DNA of 64,000 bases. It comes from Azolla caroliniana. Lineage: Eukaryota > Plantae > Polypodiophyta. Position 1 is the first letter of the stretch. The number at the start of each line of letters is the position of its first letter. A program made the position numbers and the translations under genes. Below, piece by piece: positions 37,020 to 51,551 of this stretch. The DNA is taken from NCBI GenBank assembly GCA_043228905.1, contig JBHGNT010000008.1, positions 7,750,001 through 7,814,000 of the forward strand, read 5' to 3'. The notes under the pieces are model-generated. The model was not told the origin of the DNA, did no database searches, and was given only the letters and a program-made list of their open reading frames with translations.

Positions 37020-37544
37020 ACGTACGTGATAAACCGATCACCCTCAGTACCCTTGGACAGTGATATTCCACAAAGGGTGTGGAGTGGCAAAGACGTATCG
37101 AACCGACATTTGAGGTTGTTTGGTTGTCTTGCTTATGTGCATGTGACAAAGGACCAGAGGGGGAAGTTGGACTCGAAATCTCGGCCATGCATATTTCTCG
37201 GCTACGGCAATGATGAATTTGGCTATCGGCTATGGGACTTAACTGAGAAGAAAATGATTAGGATCCACGACATTGTCTTCATGGATGAAAAGACAATAGT
37301 CAACTAGGAGATTGAGAATAAGTCTCCAACTACCGAATCTAACTGAGTCGACGCTTGGCCAAATCGAGTAGAAGCTGATTCGATCGAAATCGAATCCGAG
37401 CTAATCAACTGATTTAATACTCGGCAAAATTGAGAACTGACTAAAGAACGAAGGGAAACGGCCGAAGAAGGAACCGAATTCAACTCAGCCGAAGAAGAAC
37501 CGACTGTGCCGAATGGAGGCCGAAGATACCCCTTTAGAGAAAGG

Positions 37545-37878
37545 TGTGGGAATCGATCGGGCCACAACCAGTTTCACGTTCGTATTTGTGTGCAGAAACC
37601 AAGAACTAGTACACAGACAGAAAAAAATGTGTAGACATAGAGACACCGATATTTTACGTGGAAACCCCGAGATGGGAAAAAGCACGGGGGTCCACAAACC
37701 TTGAGAAAACCGATCACTATAGTAGAGAGGAAGTACAAATACGAAACTCGGAGGCAACGACCTCGAGTTCTCCTTCGTTTGACAGACAGCTATAGAGTTA
37801 CACTCTCTCTCACTCACGGTTACAGATACTCATGAACACGGTACTTCCTTCCCATCCGGAGGGAAATGTTTCCCAACA
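37545..37878 (-). mobile_element. Solo Copia family D LTR
   Basis: TGTGGGAA...TTCCCAACA flanked by AAGG. End CCCATCCGGAGGGA..TGTTTCC matches LTR 60022-60722. Confidence 0.85.
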
Positions 37879-38458
37879 AAGGAGCGTTGCCCCCCCCCCC
37901 CCCCTAAAGATTTCTGGATGAAGAGCCTGGACTGCTAACCGATGAGGGGGAGTCGAAAAGTGTTGAAGAAGCTAAGGAAGATACCCAGAACCAAAAGTGG
38001 TTGAGTGCCATGCAAGAGGAGATGGATTCCTTGCATGAGAACCACACATATGAGCTGACCAAACTTCTAAGAGGAAAGAGGGCACTTCGGAATAAATTGG
38101 TTTACAAGTCGAAATCGTCAGATGGCAGAATCCACCCAGGTACAAAGCACGAATCGTTGTGAAAGGCTTTCCACAAAAGAAGGGTGTCTATTTCGACGAA
38201 ATATTTGCCCTAGTCGTAAAGATGATGTCAATCCGAACTATGCTGAGCATCGCGGCCAACATGGATCTCGAAGTCAAGCAATTTGATGTCAAGACGACAT
38301 TTCTATTCGGTGATCTTGAAGAGGAGATCTATATGCACCAGCCAGAAGTATTTGTGGAGAAAGGTAAAGAGAACCTGGTATGCCGATTAAGGAAGAGCTT
38401 GTACGGGTACCGAAAATTTGAATCCTTCATGACCGACACCGGGTACCACAAAACGCAA

Positions 38459-41166
38459 AGAATAAATCTAGGCGAACCTCTTTCCGAAATGGCTGAGAAT
38501 AACTACTTGATGTAACAACCCCCCCTCTCTCCTAGGGGTCTATAAAAGGAGGGAAAGAGGACTGAGTTGGGGGGGATTGAGGAGAACGAAGTGCTGCCGG
38601 ACTGGGAACCGAGCGTCGTTCTCTGTTTCATTTTCTGCAGGAGTTCTTTACCGGACGCCTCTGTTCAGGAAGCCCGTGTGCTCCCGACAGAGGATCCACA
38701 TTGTATCTCGGAGTTGGGGTGTGTGCGTTGTTGGCTAAGCCCTGGCTCGGCTACTAGCGTACCGGTTGTAACCTATTTTCATAATTGATTGGGGTCCCCT
38801 TTTCTCTTCTAATTGTCTCTCGTGTCGCTCTAGTTTCGTCTGATCTGACGAGCTCTGTGTTCGCGGCACCCAACGTCTTGCACGACACGCGCTCGTTGTT
38901 TCACTCCCTCTTCTTCTCACGCTCTTTGGTCCAGGACCCCTGTGGTCCCAGCTTCGTTTCTCATGCATACGCGTAGTTACGCGACATAAAGTGGTTAACC
39001 TGACGTGAAGTAGGCGGCAGAGGAGTGTGAAGATGAGGGGAACTGAACTCGTCGAAGCCATGGCGGCAGCTGTAGACCGACTGGTGAATGCTCGTGAAGG
39101 TACAAGTACCCTCGATCGGGCCATCGAAACGATCATTGGAAAATAGGCCAATTTGAAGTTAAGAATGCGACGAGCTATCTCGAGGCCTACCAGGCCGAAA
39201 TGATAATGAGGGACATTCCGGAGGACAAACGACTATCTGGATTCCCTCGGGTGGTAACGTTGAGCATCCACGTGGAGGTGCTCGAAATGTAGGCCGGTTG
39301 CCAAACTTGGGGGGAGTTCGAAGTGCGGCTCCTCGAGAGGTACGGGTTCAATGACTCGCTTCGGTTATCGAAATGGCAATTTATGGAATGCGTCGAAAGC
39401 CCCAGAAAGGGGAGGAACACGTCGGTGCTCCTCTAGGAGTTCAAGAAACGTTTTGCTCATCTCCTGGCGTTGGACAGGACCGTGCTCGACACGAGCCGTG
39501 TCCTGTTGTTCATCAAGTCCGTGGACACGCAGGATCAGGAGAAGGTGGGTCCCGTATTGGAGACAGACGATGGGATCACAGCCGACTGGGCCGTGGTAAA
39601 AAGGGTCTGCAGCCATTTTGACAAACGGTGTGAGTGGAGAGAAGAGGGCCCGTTGGTAGCAGGACCGACGGCGGCAAGGAAGTTGAGGAGGCGTTGCCGA
39701 CGCGAAAGGAAGAGACTCGACGTTGGCTTGAGTCGGGCATGATCCCGACCGGCGTGGTTAAAGGCCCATCGGGGGGAGTGGCTCTAGAAGAGCTAACGCA
39801 GATGGTACGTGATCTCCAGATCGCACAAGCCAGGAATGACAGTGGAGAACATACGCGCAACCGGAGGCCTCTAGCTGGACAACGATGCATGTGGTGCGAC
39901 ACGGTTGGCCACAACAGAAGAGATTGCGCGGAGTTTAGGGAGGCACTTAGAAGCAATGTAGTGTACCTCTGGAATGGGCGGGTGCACAAGAGCGAAACCC
40001 GGGAAGCCCTAGAGTTGAATACCGGGCGCGGTGGAATGAAGCCGTTGATGGAAGAAGCCGCGGCGCGGCACGCCGAAGCCATCCACTATTTGGCGTCAGC
40101 TAGGATCCGGGTTGGAAGCGATGGTGGCCAGAAGACGAAGGACTCCAGATTCTGGCCATCAGTGCTAGAAGGCCTGTCCGGATTGCGGCTAACGAAGGAG
40201 GAAGCAGACGGTGCGGAGAAGCGGGTCCGGGAGGTCACGGGATGGGACGATCTGGTTGAAGAGAAGACGGGTTTCGTGGAGGTTGTGTGCTAGAACTACG
40301 AAGTTCTGGTGGAAGATAAGCAAGTGGGAAAGGGCAGAGGGGCCGGAGAAATGGCAGAGTGGGAAAGGGCAGAGTGGGAAAGGGCAGAGTGGGAAATGGC
40401 AGAGTGGGAAATGGCAGAGTGGGAAAGGGGCAGAGTGGGAAAGGGCAGAGGGGCCGGTGGTCTCGGCTCGTAGGAAAGGTTAAAGCAGGCAGGTTATCGG
40501 CTGAGCACGGAAATAGAAAGGGCGACGGACTTGCGGAAGGTCCTCGAGGAACGGATCCCCGACAGCAAGGTGGAATTGTCGTTTAGGGATGTGCTCGGAA
40601 TCGCCAAGAAGGAGTTCCACGATTCCATCGTAGACTTGGTGAAGTGTCAAAGGCTCATGACGGAGCCAGAGCCGGAGAAGCCCGTGGAAGTGCAGACGAC
40701 GCACTTAGAGGATGCGGCCTTGGAGGACGAGTTGGCGGAGAGCCACTATTCGAAGTTGGATTGGGCAAGGGCTACTACAGAGACCCCCGTCCGGATCGGG
40801 GACGTTGAGGAGCCGGTGGTGGCGTTCATAGACCACGGTTCCGAGATAAACCTGATGTCAATGGACTTCTACGGAAAGGGGAAATGGCCAATCAACACCA
40901 AGCACGGATGGAAGATACGCACGGCCACACACGCTATGGAGGAACTACACGGAGCATGCCCGAACGTGCGTGATAAAATTGGAGACGTCGAGATAGATCA
41001 ACACTTCTCCGTGCAGGAGACATCTTCGCACCCAGTGATACTCAGCGAACCATACATTACAGCCCGCATAAAGACCAAGGTGCTGGATAACGGTTCAACA
41101 TACGCACGGGTGTAGAGCCAGGACGGGTGTTACTCCGTCCAATTTTTGACAATACAATCAAACCAT
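38459..41166 (+). mobile_element. Degenerate truncated Gypsy (partial LTR to 38986, tRNA-Trp-like PBS, gag-PR), relative of 52026-59086
   Basis: PBS TGGTTAACCTGACGTGAA at 38992; CMWCDTVGHNRRDC; FIDHGSEIN. Confidence 0.92.
40322..40455. repeat. 15 bp tandem repeat GGGCAGAGTGGGAAA (~7 copies) expanded within gag
   Basis: Directly visible; absent from the intact relative at ~54025. Confidence 0.9.
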
Positions 41167-41498
41167 TGAAGAGAATCGGGCGGAATATAGCTCAGTCACA
41201 ACCGAGTAATGAATCACTTCAATGAGAATCAAACACAAAAAAGGGAAATTGGGAGAGAACGCACGTACCCACACAGACATTAGAGAGTACACAAGATGTT
41301 TACGTGGAAAACCCTAAATGGGAAAAACCACGGGAGCCCACAGACTCCAAACTAATAGTATGAAGGAAGAGGGTGCACTCAGAAACTCGGAGGCAACGAC
41401 CTTGAGCTCTATATCTTCTCCAACCGACGGCTACAACGGAGTATCGCTCTATATCTCTCTCTCTCTCACACTCTCTTAGTACAACAGTTATGCACATA
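41167..41498 (-). mobile_element. Partial Copia family D LTR
   Basis: ACGTGGAAAACCCT...GGAAAAACCACGG...GGAGGCAACGACCT; cut by the element starting at 41499. Confidence 0.75.
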
Positions 41499-43529
41499 TG
41501 TGAAAAGGACAACGTGCGGAAGCAAGAGAAAGCAGAACATAGGAAAACACAGGTTTAATGGAGAGTTTGGACACACACAGTATGTGGGAGAGAGAGAGAG
41601 AGAGTCAATACACACAACTCTCTTCGAAAAATAATACTCAGTCTATACATAGAATGTGCTCAGTGAGCACTTTTATGCAAGTCCATACAAACTGACAGAA
41701 GTACTGACACGTACTTCAATGCTCATAAATGAGCTCTACACTAACTCCCAAAATATATTCCTACGTGGAATATCTTTCCAATGGCCTCGCGATTTTACGC
41801 ACTGCTACGGCTTCTTGTTGCGCACTGGTTTACGTATCGGTCCGGCCTAATCGATCGGTCCCAACCGATCCGGTTCTCGGCTTGCACAGCCGATCCGGCC
41901 AATGTTGAGCTTGTATCTCAACACTCCCCCTCAAGCTCAACTTGAGGCTCTTCTAGTCCTTCGGGATCATCGCTCCGGTTTCTTCTAGCTTCACGCCTCG
42001 CTCGCGCTCCTTGACCTGTTCGATTCCGCGCGCCTCGACCCTTCCGATCGGCGTGTGTGCTCGTGCGACGCTTCTCAGCTCCCTTTCTGTCGCAGTGTTG
42101 TCGCCTCTTCAGTTGCCCTTTCTTCCGCTTGGCCCTTGGTTGATTCGGCGTCTCCGAATCAAACATCAAAATCGAATCGGTTTCCTCCGATCGGTTTTCG
42201 CTCTCATCCGAGTTGGCTTAATCTCCCCGACGCTTGGCTGGCTTTGGCTCTTTCTTTCGACTGTTGCCCTCACGTCCGCTTTCGAACTCTTTCGCGGATC
42301 CGCCCTTGGCTTCTTCAGCCGACCCGAAATCAAATTCGTCATCCGACTCGGCGCCACAGTCTCTTCCGCTCCTTTCCTGAATTCTCTCCCCCTCAATTTC
42401 GACACATCGAGGTGTCGCAACCCAAGCGCAACCGAGAATTACCGCAACTTGTCGAGACCAAGGGGCTTGGTGAAAATGTCGGCGGTCTGCCGATCCGTCG
42501 AACATACCAAAGTTCGACTTCACCGGAGAGGACACGCTCGTGGACAAAGTGGTAGTGCACCTCAATGTGCTTAGTTCGGGCGTGGAAGACAAGGTTCTTC
42601 GCTAACTTGATGTTGTTGAGGTTGTTGCAGTAGATTGTCGTCGGATCGAACACATCCACGTGCAGATCCTTAAGTAGCCATTTCAGCCAGATGGCTTCGC
42701 ATTTTGCGACAACCGCTCCTCTATACTCGGCTTCGGTGCTCGACAGTGCAACTGTCGGCTGCTTCTTGCTACTCCACGCAATCGCAGCGCTCCCAAGAGA
42801 GAATGTTGTCCGCCGGAATAGTAACCGACGGACAAGAGTGTAGGAATAAGAAATAATATAAGATCATAACGCATGTAAACAGTTCACACAGGAAGTGTGA
42901 ACGGCTAAATAGACCCTGCGTATATAAAGGGCAGAAAACCTCTGATAGAGGTAGCATGTATTTTGGAATGTAAAGAAGCGTATCGTAATAGAATTCTATC
43001 TTCTCTGAAAGTCTGTGTATAGCTATGGCTAATCTACTGTGTGTCTAGAATACCTGAGCATGTAAGAACGTGAGTGTAACCATGTCTAAGGAGTCAGTTG
43101 TAGCCGTCTCCCTTATACACTAATAGGTTACGGGGAACATTCCCATATGCATTACGCATAGACGCCCCATTCGTTGTTCCACAATCATTTGGAGGTCTCG
43201 GTCGAAGGCCTGACCGCAGACCGTGTCCTTAATCGGTAACACTTTTGGCACGCTTGGTGATCTGTGTCTTCTCACACACGAGCAACGACGAATGGATGTT
43301 TAGCCACAGACGCCCCAGAGAACCAACACGACAAGACCGGCCAATCACAAGGTCCGTCACACGCTAGGTAGAGGAACGCGCACGGCAAAAGCCTCACCTC
43401 AGCGACCTCAGTACTACCTGCCGTGATTACAAAGGTGATTCTTCACTCTCCAAATACCTCGATGATACGGGGGGAGCACGCTCACCACCGCCACCCTGTG
43501 GTCTTTCCCAACCCGCCGTAGCCCCCAAC

Positions 43530-46500
43530 ATGGCCTTTGCCTATCCCCGCTTTAACGGCGAAACCGACGCTGCAACCCATATTCGCATGATCCTTAATGT
43601 CTAGAATGTGAACCACATGGCGCAGAGCCTTTCGGAGGCGGTAGCGCACTAGTCGAAAATGACGGAGTACGGGTTAACATTGGATGGGCGAGCGGCGTTT
43701 TGGCATTCACAAATGGATTTACCAACAATCACAACCTTCGATTAGCTGCAGTCCGCTTTCTTGTGGTTCTTCCATCGGAGGGTTCCACAACGCGAAATCC
43801 TCGGACAGTTCTACACGATTAAGCAACTGCCGATCGAGACGATCGCAGACTTCAGCTTACGTTTCCAAAATTTACAGCGGAAACTAGAATGGAGCCACGC
43901 GAAGGACGAGGCTCGAGAGACATTTCTGGCAGCATTACGCCGACCCATCCGGGCAACGCTCAACAACAATGGCGTGAAAGGGGAAACGACGGATATGGTC
44001 ATTGAACGAGCATTACAGCTCGAGTTGCACGACGAGGAGGAAAGGTTTTCTATGTCCTCCTTACGACAAGCGTTACCCCAGGACGAGGAACGCCAGTTTC
44101 GGCAAGCAATCCAGTGCACGATTTACTTGAACTCGAGGCGTTCCGCAGTGGAGTGCAACATGCGAATCCACTGCCCAATCTACCACTCGAAGGATCACAC
44201 AGTCGAACAATGCGAATACAATATGTTGAACAGAGCCACTCCCATAGTCCGCAACATGGACACACAGCGTCCCCCACGCTGTCCTGAACAAAGGAGGCAA
44301 GAAGACCGACCACGGTATATGGATTACAACCCACGGGATGACCGACACCACCGGAATCGCCGAAATCACAACGATTCTGAGGAAGACGAACCAGAGGATG
44401 AGGATTATCATGGACATCTGAGTTATGCTAAAGGGGGCCGGCGCTATGAGAATCACTGGCCGACAAGCAAATGTGGCGGCTTCATTGGTTATCGTGGTAA
44501 GCCACGGCAATATCGAGATCACCGGCGTTACGAGGAAAGCTCGGGAGATGAGCGACACCAAGAACCACAACGGGACCAACAGCAACCACCGCATGCGTTC
44601 TGACAAACAAGGCTAGGCCGTGAGGAGCAAGTCACACCAGGGGATCGGCACACACCACCAGGAGCCGAGAAGGGTGAATCAAGCATCCATTGTTTTATTT
44701 GTCAGTAGCCTGGACATTATGCCACGCAATGCCCAACATGCAAGGGCAAGGGGCCTGCCGTCAATACGATTACGATGGAAGTGTAGCAAGTCACGACACA
44801 CCAGCAAACAAAAACGGTTGATTGGGCTACGCAAGATGAGATACGACGACAAGCCCAAGCATGGGCGCGATCAATACAGAGCACATGCGGAAGGAGTCCG
44901 CGAATGCGAGGGAGCAAGTAGAGGACGAAGGACCGGTCCCGAACCCCATTTGGTAGGCATTAGCGGGCTGCGAGATTACGTTAACCATGGAGAAGTTGTT
45001 GCAGCTAGTCCCACGCTTTCGCCAGACCATGGAAGAACGGGTGACGGGCATACCCGGAGTGAGCGTCGCTACAAACCTTACAAACGTTAGCGACGGACCG
45101 CCAGTAGTGGATCACCACAACCCGGCTATTACATTAATATTACACAGATAGGAAATTCCTGGATGTGTAATTGAATGGCGGCTCAAGCGTTAATGTAATT
45201 AGCGCGAAAACTTGCGAGCAGTTAGGCATTTCAGAATGAGAGGCTTGGCCATTCTGGCTCCGAATGGCAGATACCCGCTCAGTACGACCATTGGGATTAA
45301 TTCGCAAGATAGGCATTATTGTGGGCGGACATCGCTTCGACATCTCGGCGGTCGTCTGAGCCTTGAACACCCCAGGGGCGTACTCAGTGCTTCTGGGCAG
45401 ACCATGGCCTCGAGCAACAAATATCAAGCAGAGCTGGCAACACAAGTGTATCAGTTTCCGACACGGACGCACTAAGGTTCGCGTACCTACGGAAGGAAGC
45501 ACGCCACAACCCAAGGGTATAACACCATTATATGCAAAAGATATAAATATGTTGGCTGGGGTGGAGGATGCAAAATTAGAGGCATACCTAGATGAGCACC
45601 ATTGGATCATTCCGCTGTTCGAAATCGATGTCATCACAACCGCGACAGAATATGCCACAGCCACTATTCTCCACGACGAGGCTTACGAACCAAACCCAGA
45701 TTCCATATTGGAACTCAGCAAAGCATGGGTGGCATTCGAAAGGGAAATGGAAATTTCACGATGAGTCACTGCCTCCGCCCTAGAAGAAGTAAATGTGGGT
45801 ACGGAGTCGGAACCCCGTTTCCTCTCCATCGCAAAGGAATTAAGGCCGGACCAGAGAAACACGATGATCGCACTACTCATGAAATATAAAGATGTGTTCG
45901 CTTGGGCTCACGAGGACATGAAGGGGTTAGATCCCAAGTTCTATCATCATAAGATCAATTTAGCAACCAACGCAAAACCCGTCCAATAGCGTTGCTACCG
46001 CATGAACCCGAACTACACAACCCGCGTAAAAGAAGAAATTGACAAACTCTTGAAGGCGGGGTTCATACGGCCAGTTAAACAAGCCACATGGTTAAGCCCG
46101 ATAGTGGTTGTTCCAAAGAAAAATGACAAAATACAGGTATGCGTGGATTACCGAAAATTAAACGCCGTAACCATTACGGACGCATTCCCTTTACCCTTCA
46201 CCGATAGCGTATTGGACGCCGTCGCAAGACATGAGATGTACAGTTTTTTAGATGGCTTCAGTGGGTATAACCAGGTACGCATGCATCCCGAGGACCAAGA
46301 AAAGACGGCATTTGTCACGGACTGGGGAGTCTATGTGGTAGTCGTCATGATGTTCGGGCTAAAGACGACGCCGACAACATTTCAACGGACAATTACGAAG
46401 ATCTTTGGGGAATACATTCTGGCGTTCATGCAAGTTTTTTTAGACGACTTTGCGATATATGGGAGAACAATAGACCATTTTAGGCACCTACAAATGTGCC

Positions 46501-48641
46501 TAGAACGTTGCCACACCGCATGATGTGCTTTTGGCATGACCAGCGGGACTCTCCTGGGCCATATAGTGAGCAAGGAGGGAATAGTGGTCGATCCGAACAA
46601 GATCTCCGCGATTACGCAAGCCAAAACTCCGTCAAACGCGAAATCACTCGGCCGGTTTTTAGGACAAATACGGTGGCATAGTCGGATGATACGATATTTG
46701 GCGGACTTGGCCACGCCGTTACATGGTGCCGTACATCGAACTCCCTTCCAATGAACCGCAACAGAGGACAAGGCCTATGAGGCACTTAAGATAATGCTCA
46801 CACAGGCCCCCGTCGTACAACCACCAGTTTGGGCGAAGTCATTCCACGTGTTCGTCGACACCTCGGACATGGCAATAGGAAGTGCACTAATGCAGCTCAC
46901 CGAACCAAACTGGTACTGGCCAGTGTACTACACTAGTCGCAAATTATCAACAGCAGAGCGTAACTATTCCACAACGGAGCGGGAGGCGCTAGGGATGATC
47001 TATAGCATCAATAAATTCCGGCATTATTTACTAGGGAGGAAATTCACGTTCCATGTGGATCATTCAGCGTTGCTGTATTTGGTGGAGAAACGAGCCTTGA
47101 CGGGGAAATTTGGCGCGATGGATGCTGCTGCTTCAAGAATTCGATTTCGTAATCCAACACCGACCAGGGATGCAACATGCAGTGGCAAATTTTTTGAGCA
47201 GACTCCAGAATGGAGAAATAGTACAGAAAGATGATGACGATTTTCCGAATGTCGACATCCTACGGGTAGTAGCACTAGCAGAAAGAACGGAATCGACCAT
47301 TCTGGACTAGTGGCTTATGGAAATGACATACTTTTTTACTACGGGACTGCCTCCACCACAATTACGCACAAACGAGAAGAAACGACTAGCCGTCCGAAGC
47401 CGTAACTTCTGCCTTGTAGGAGTTTTATATCACAAAGGAAGTGACGGCATTTGGCGACGTGGGGTACGTCAGGATGAGAAAGAAGCAATTTTACGGGAGG
47501 CGCACTGCGGCACGGCAGGCGGCCATTACGCGGGCGACGTTACAGCCCGGAAAATATGGCAGGCGGGCTTATGGTGGCCAACAACGCTGAAGGATGCATT
47601 CGAGTATTGTAGAAAGTGTGATTTGTGTCAACGGATGGGCCAGCCCACGGAGGGCGCAAGGATGCCACACCAGCCTGTATTACCGCTAGACCCCTTCCAA
47701 AAGTGGGGATTGGATTTTGTAAGCCCCTTCACACCGGCGACAGCCCGTACGAGCAATAAATACATATTGGTAGCTACGGATTATTGCACCAAGTGGGTAG
47801 AAGCAAAGGCATTATGAGAAAATACGACGGTCGTCATAGCCAGATTCCTTTACGAGCACATCTGGTGTCGATTCGGCTGTCCGATTGAGCTCATCAGTGA
47901 CCAGGGGAGTCACTTTCTCAATACGGTGGTTCGGGAACTAACACAACATTACACAGTAGTCCACAAGAAGAGCACGCCGTAGTCCATAAGAAGAGTACGT
48001 CATATTATCCACAGGAAAATGGGTTAACAGAATCCACAAACAAGACGTTGCAGACCATCTTGAAGAAAATCGTCAATGAAAATAGAACGGACTGGGATAC
48101 CAAATTACAGAGTGCGTTATGGGCGTACAGAACCAACTACAAAACAAGCATACAGTCAACACCATTTCGACTAGCGTTTGGACTGGAGGCTGTGATGCCA
48201 GTCGAATTTCAGGTACCCAGTTTGCAGATTCAGGTATGGGACCGACTATCGGAAGCCAAGTCAGAGGAGGTACGACTCCACCAGCTACTCGAACTCGGGG
48301 AAAAACGCGTACACAACATGGTTGTGTTGGAGCAGGAACAACGACAACGTAAAGTGTTTGTGGGTCGACATCGGAACGCAAGGGAAAAGGAGTTCGCCAT
48401 TGGTCGACCGGTGCTGGTTTTCCAAACCCGCATGGGCCATATGCCAAGGAAGTTACGATTCCGCTGGACCGGCCCATACTGGATAATTGGAGCGGAACAA
48501 GGCATGTTCCAACTAGGTACGTTGGCCGAGAAAGTAATATGGCAAAAGGTGAATGGGTTTCGCCTTAAACATTACCTGGGCTCTACGCCACCTCACCCAT
48601 TCACCGCCAAAAAGGATAGAGCCGAAGAACCCGCAGCATAA
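43530..48641 (+). pseudogene. Gypsy gag-pol
   Basis: ORF fragments 43761-48641 with stops and frameshifts. No extra archaeal-type RNase H and no chromodomain seen. Confidence 0.92.
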
Positions 48642-48759
48642 ATGGACGGCCCCACTTGTACCATAATGTAAAAATAGGCTGTATATAACCGTTACGAAAA
48701 AAAAGAAAAAGAAAGAAAGAGAAGATAGCACTATTAAAAGCACCAAATGCATGCACAGA

Positions 48760-51506
48760 CTCCTAGTTCAAGAACACGCGACACCACGATGGCTCACTGC
48801 CCAATGAACTCTAAGCCACAAAAAGAAGAAAATAGAAGACCTTCTGCACAAAACAAAAACCCACCTTCTAACTATCAGCGCTCCCATCGCTCCTCCCCCT
48901 CACCTTCTCCTCCATCCTATCACAGAGCTCCAACCCAACGCAACCACCAGTCTCCTTCCCGCCCCGATCCGCGAAGCACAGGTTAGCGGAGTTAGCGGCC
49001 CCAGAGTGGGAAGAGGAACCCCAACCCGCCCAGCCAAACACACGGGCAGTGCAGGAGGAACAGTCGGCACATTCTATGGAAACAGCCCCAGAGCCAGACA
49101 CCAAAACATGGCAGGATAGCCCCAGACCAAAACGGCGTAGATTGGACAGGAAAGATGGACGGGGATTGGTCAAAGACGTCCCCATGGCAGCACAAACAAC
49201 GACCGAAGGCGATGGCTCCACAACTACGGAGCCCAATAGCATCTTCGAAATCATCCGGGAGCCACAAGTGATCATTACAACCCAGTCCCAACGAGGGAAA
49301 GCCATATTGACAGCGGAAAGCAAGATTTTGGCATATCCAGATATCTTGGATACGGCCCATGAGTTCAGTGCCCTCTTATAGTTCAAAACCTCTTTTGAGA
49401 TCATGAAATTCCTGGCAACACAACAAATAAAAGCCTCCCAATGAATGGTTGAGGAGCACGCGGAGCGCCAGATGATCGAGTGCGCCCTAACACAAACGGC
49501 GGAGAGCGACGATGAGGACCGGCTAGCCAGGGTCGGCAGACAGAGGAACGCCGGGGTACGCCGAGTGAGGATGGAGCTACCCCCATTAAACACGGCCCTA
49601 GTCGAAGTCCATAGGGAACTGGCAAAGGTCAACACGGGCGCCAAGGAGATGGCCATTAAAAATAAGAATGTCTGGAAGAAGGTGAAAATGACCCAAGCCG
49701 AGCTGCAAAAAGCCAACGAACGCATCGCGGAGTTGGAAGCTATCCGCCACCAAACCACGACATCGACGCTTTGAAGGAAGAATTTGAGGCTCAGACCGCC
49801 ATCGCCTCAAAAGCGAAAAGGGTCGTGCAACTAGCGGGATCAGAAATTAACCGCCTTCGAGCTGAACTGCGCCAATCCTCAAACAAAGAAAAGGAGATCC
49901 AGGCTAATGACCGGAAGGCAGTAAAAACCCTTGAAGAGAAACTCGCTACAGAGGTAGCTCAGCACATCCATACAAAAGACGAAAACACCCAATTACGGGA
50001 TGAAGCGAAGAAATCAGAGGCGGCAATCGTGGGACTCTAGGCCTTATTAGAGAAAAAGAAGGTAGGGTTCGACGAGCAGTTGATGGTCGAACAAGAAAGA
50101 AGGCATCAGCTCGAAATCCGCCTAAACAATGAAATGGGGAACTTAGAAGAACAACACGCAAAGGAATCCTAGTTGTGGGCGGGCTTGAAGACCACGTACG
50201 AAGAAGCGGCGGCGGTTAGGCAGCAAGAAATTGCAAACCTCCAGAAGTCGATGGAGGATGCACGCAACCGTTGCCAGGCCATCACAGACAACGTGCATAT
50301 CCTTCTCCAAACAAATCGGGAGAGGTTCATAGCGCAATTGAAAATGACGTTGGACAAAGGATGGATGGCGTGGGCAACCCAAGCAGCGGAATTGCACACG
50401 TATCGTGCGGACTCGGAGAACCGGCGAAAAGACGACCGAGGTTTCTATAAACTAAATGAGGAGAGCATTGCGACCGTACACAAGGACCTAGCGCAAGACT
50501 ATCGTGCGCTAGCGGACAAACATTTCGAAGAACTCGCGCAGTTCTTATATGATTTTGGTGAAAACCAGGAGGAGTTATTTCACCAGATCACACAAGCCGG
50601 CAACACGCGAACCAATGAGGAATCCAGCGCAATGCCAATTCTGGGCATGGCCGAAGAAGAGGAACCTCGTGCCAGATCACAAGAAATTACAACGGTGAAC
50701 AACGCGGATCGACGAGCAGAGTCCCCCACAGTACTAGACAGAGAAACCACTGCCCAAGAGGAGCACCATTCGCAGGAGCCCACGCTATCGTCGAACCACA
50801 CGGAGAACAGTGTGGTCCAGGTGGAATCGCAACCCCACTCCCTGGAACGTACAAAGATAGCTGACACAAGGACCTAGCGCAAGACTATCGTGCGCTAGCG
50901 GACCAACATTTCAAAGAACTCGCGCAATTCTTATATGATTTTGGTGAAAGCGAGGAGGAGCTATTTCACCAGATCACACAAGCCGGCAACACGCGAACCA
51001 ATGAGGAATCCAGCGCAATGCCAATTCCGGGCATGGCCGAAGAAGAGGAACCTCATGCCAGATCACCAGAAATTACGACGACGGTGAACAGCGCGGATCG
51101 ACGAGCAGAGTCCCCCACAGTACCAGACAGGGAAACCGCTGCCCAAGAGGAGCACCATCCGCAGGAGCCCATGCTATCGTCGAACCACACGGAAAACAGT
51201 GCGGGCCAGGTGGAATCGCAACCCCACTCCCTGGAACGTACAAAGACGGTTGACACCATTGAGGAAGTAACGATTGAGACAGAGCCGCGGATGACCGCAA
51301 GCATGACGACGGCGGAGCCCAACCCACTAGCTCAAGAAGAGCCCACCATACCCGGACCGCCCACACACGACGACTGCGACACCGAGAGAAACCATTCCGA
51401 CCAAACAGGGGAGCCACACCACGATGCACCAACGGGCCCTACGTCGCCTCCGGACGCGGACACCGTAGCAGAGCCAAACATCCGGGCCATTTTGGAAGAA
51501 GATTAA
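48760..51506 (+). pseudogene. Accessory ORF: disordered N-terminus, long coiled coil, conserved unknown domain, acidic tail
   Basis: Fragments 49049-49774, 49771-50877 and 51018-51506; internal ~386 bp tandem duplication (50478/50864); homologous to 4823-6068 and 16394-16716. Confidence 0.8.
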
Positions 51507-51510
51507 CGGG

Positions 51511-51551
51511 ATGGGTCCAATGTGCTAGGGCACTATTCCACAGGCGTGCCA
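51511..51551 (+). other. tRNA-3'-half mimic ending in CCA at the PPT position
   Basis: ATGGGTCCAA-tGTGCtaggGCACta-TTCCACAGGCGTGCCA, then GG, then the LTR start TGTTG. No purine tract. Confidence 0.72.

Larger units (their letters stand above)
33909..38458 (+). mobile_element. Copia family D internal region (gag-PR-INT-RT start) with two nested solo LTRs
   Basis: CFYCGKPG, WVVNSVASFH, LELVHT, CIFLGYGNDEFGYRLWD, DVKTTFL; homologous to 59800-64000. Confidence 0.88.

Noticed and set aside
48760-51506. Calling the accessory ORF an envelope gene
   Set aside because: No signal peptide or transmembrane segment is visible; it is charged coiled coil.
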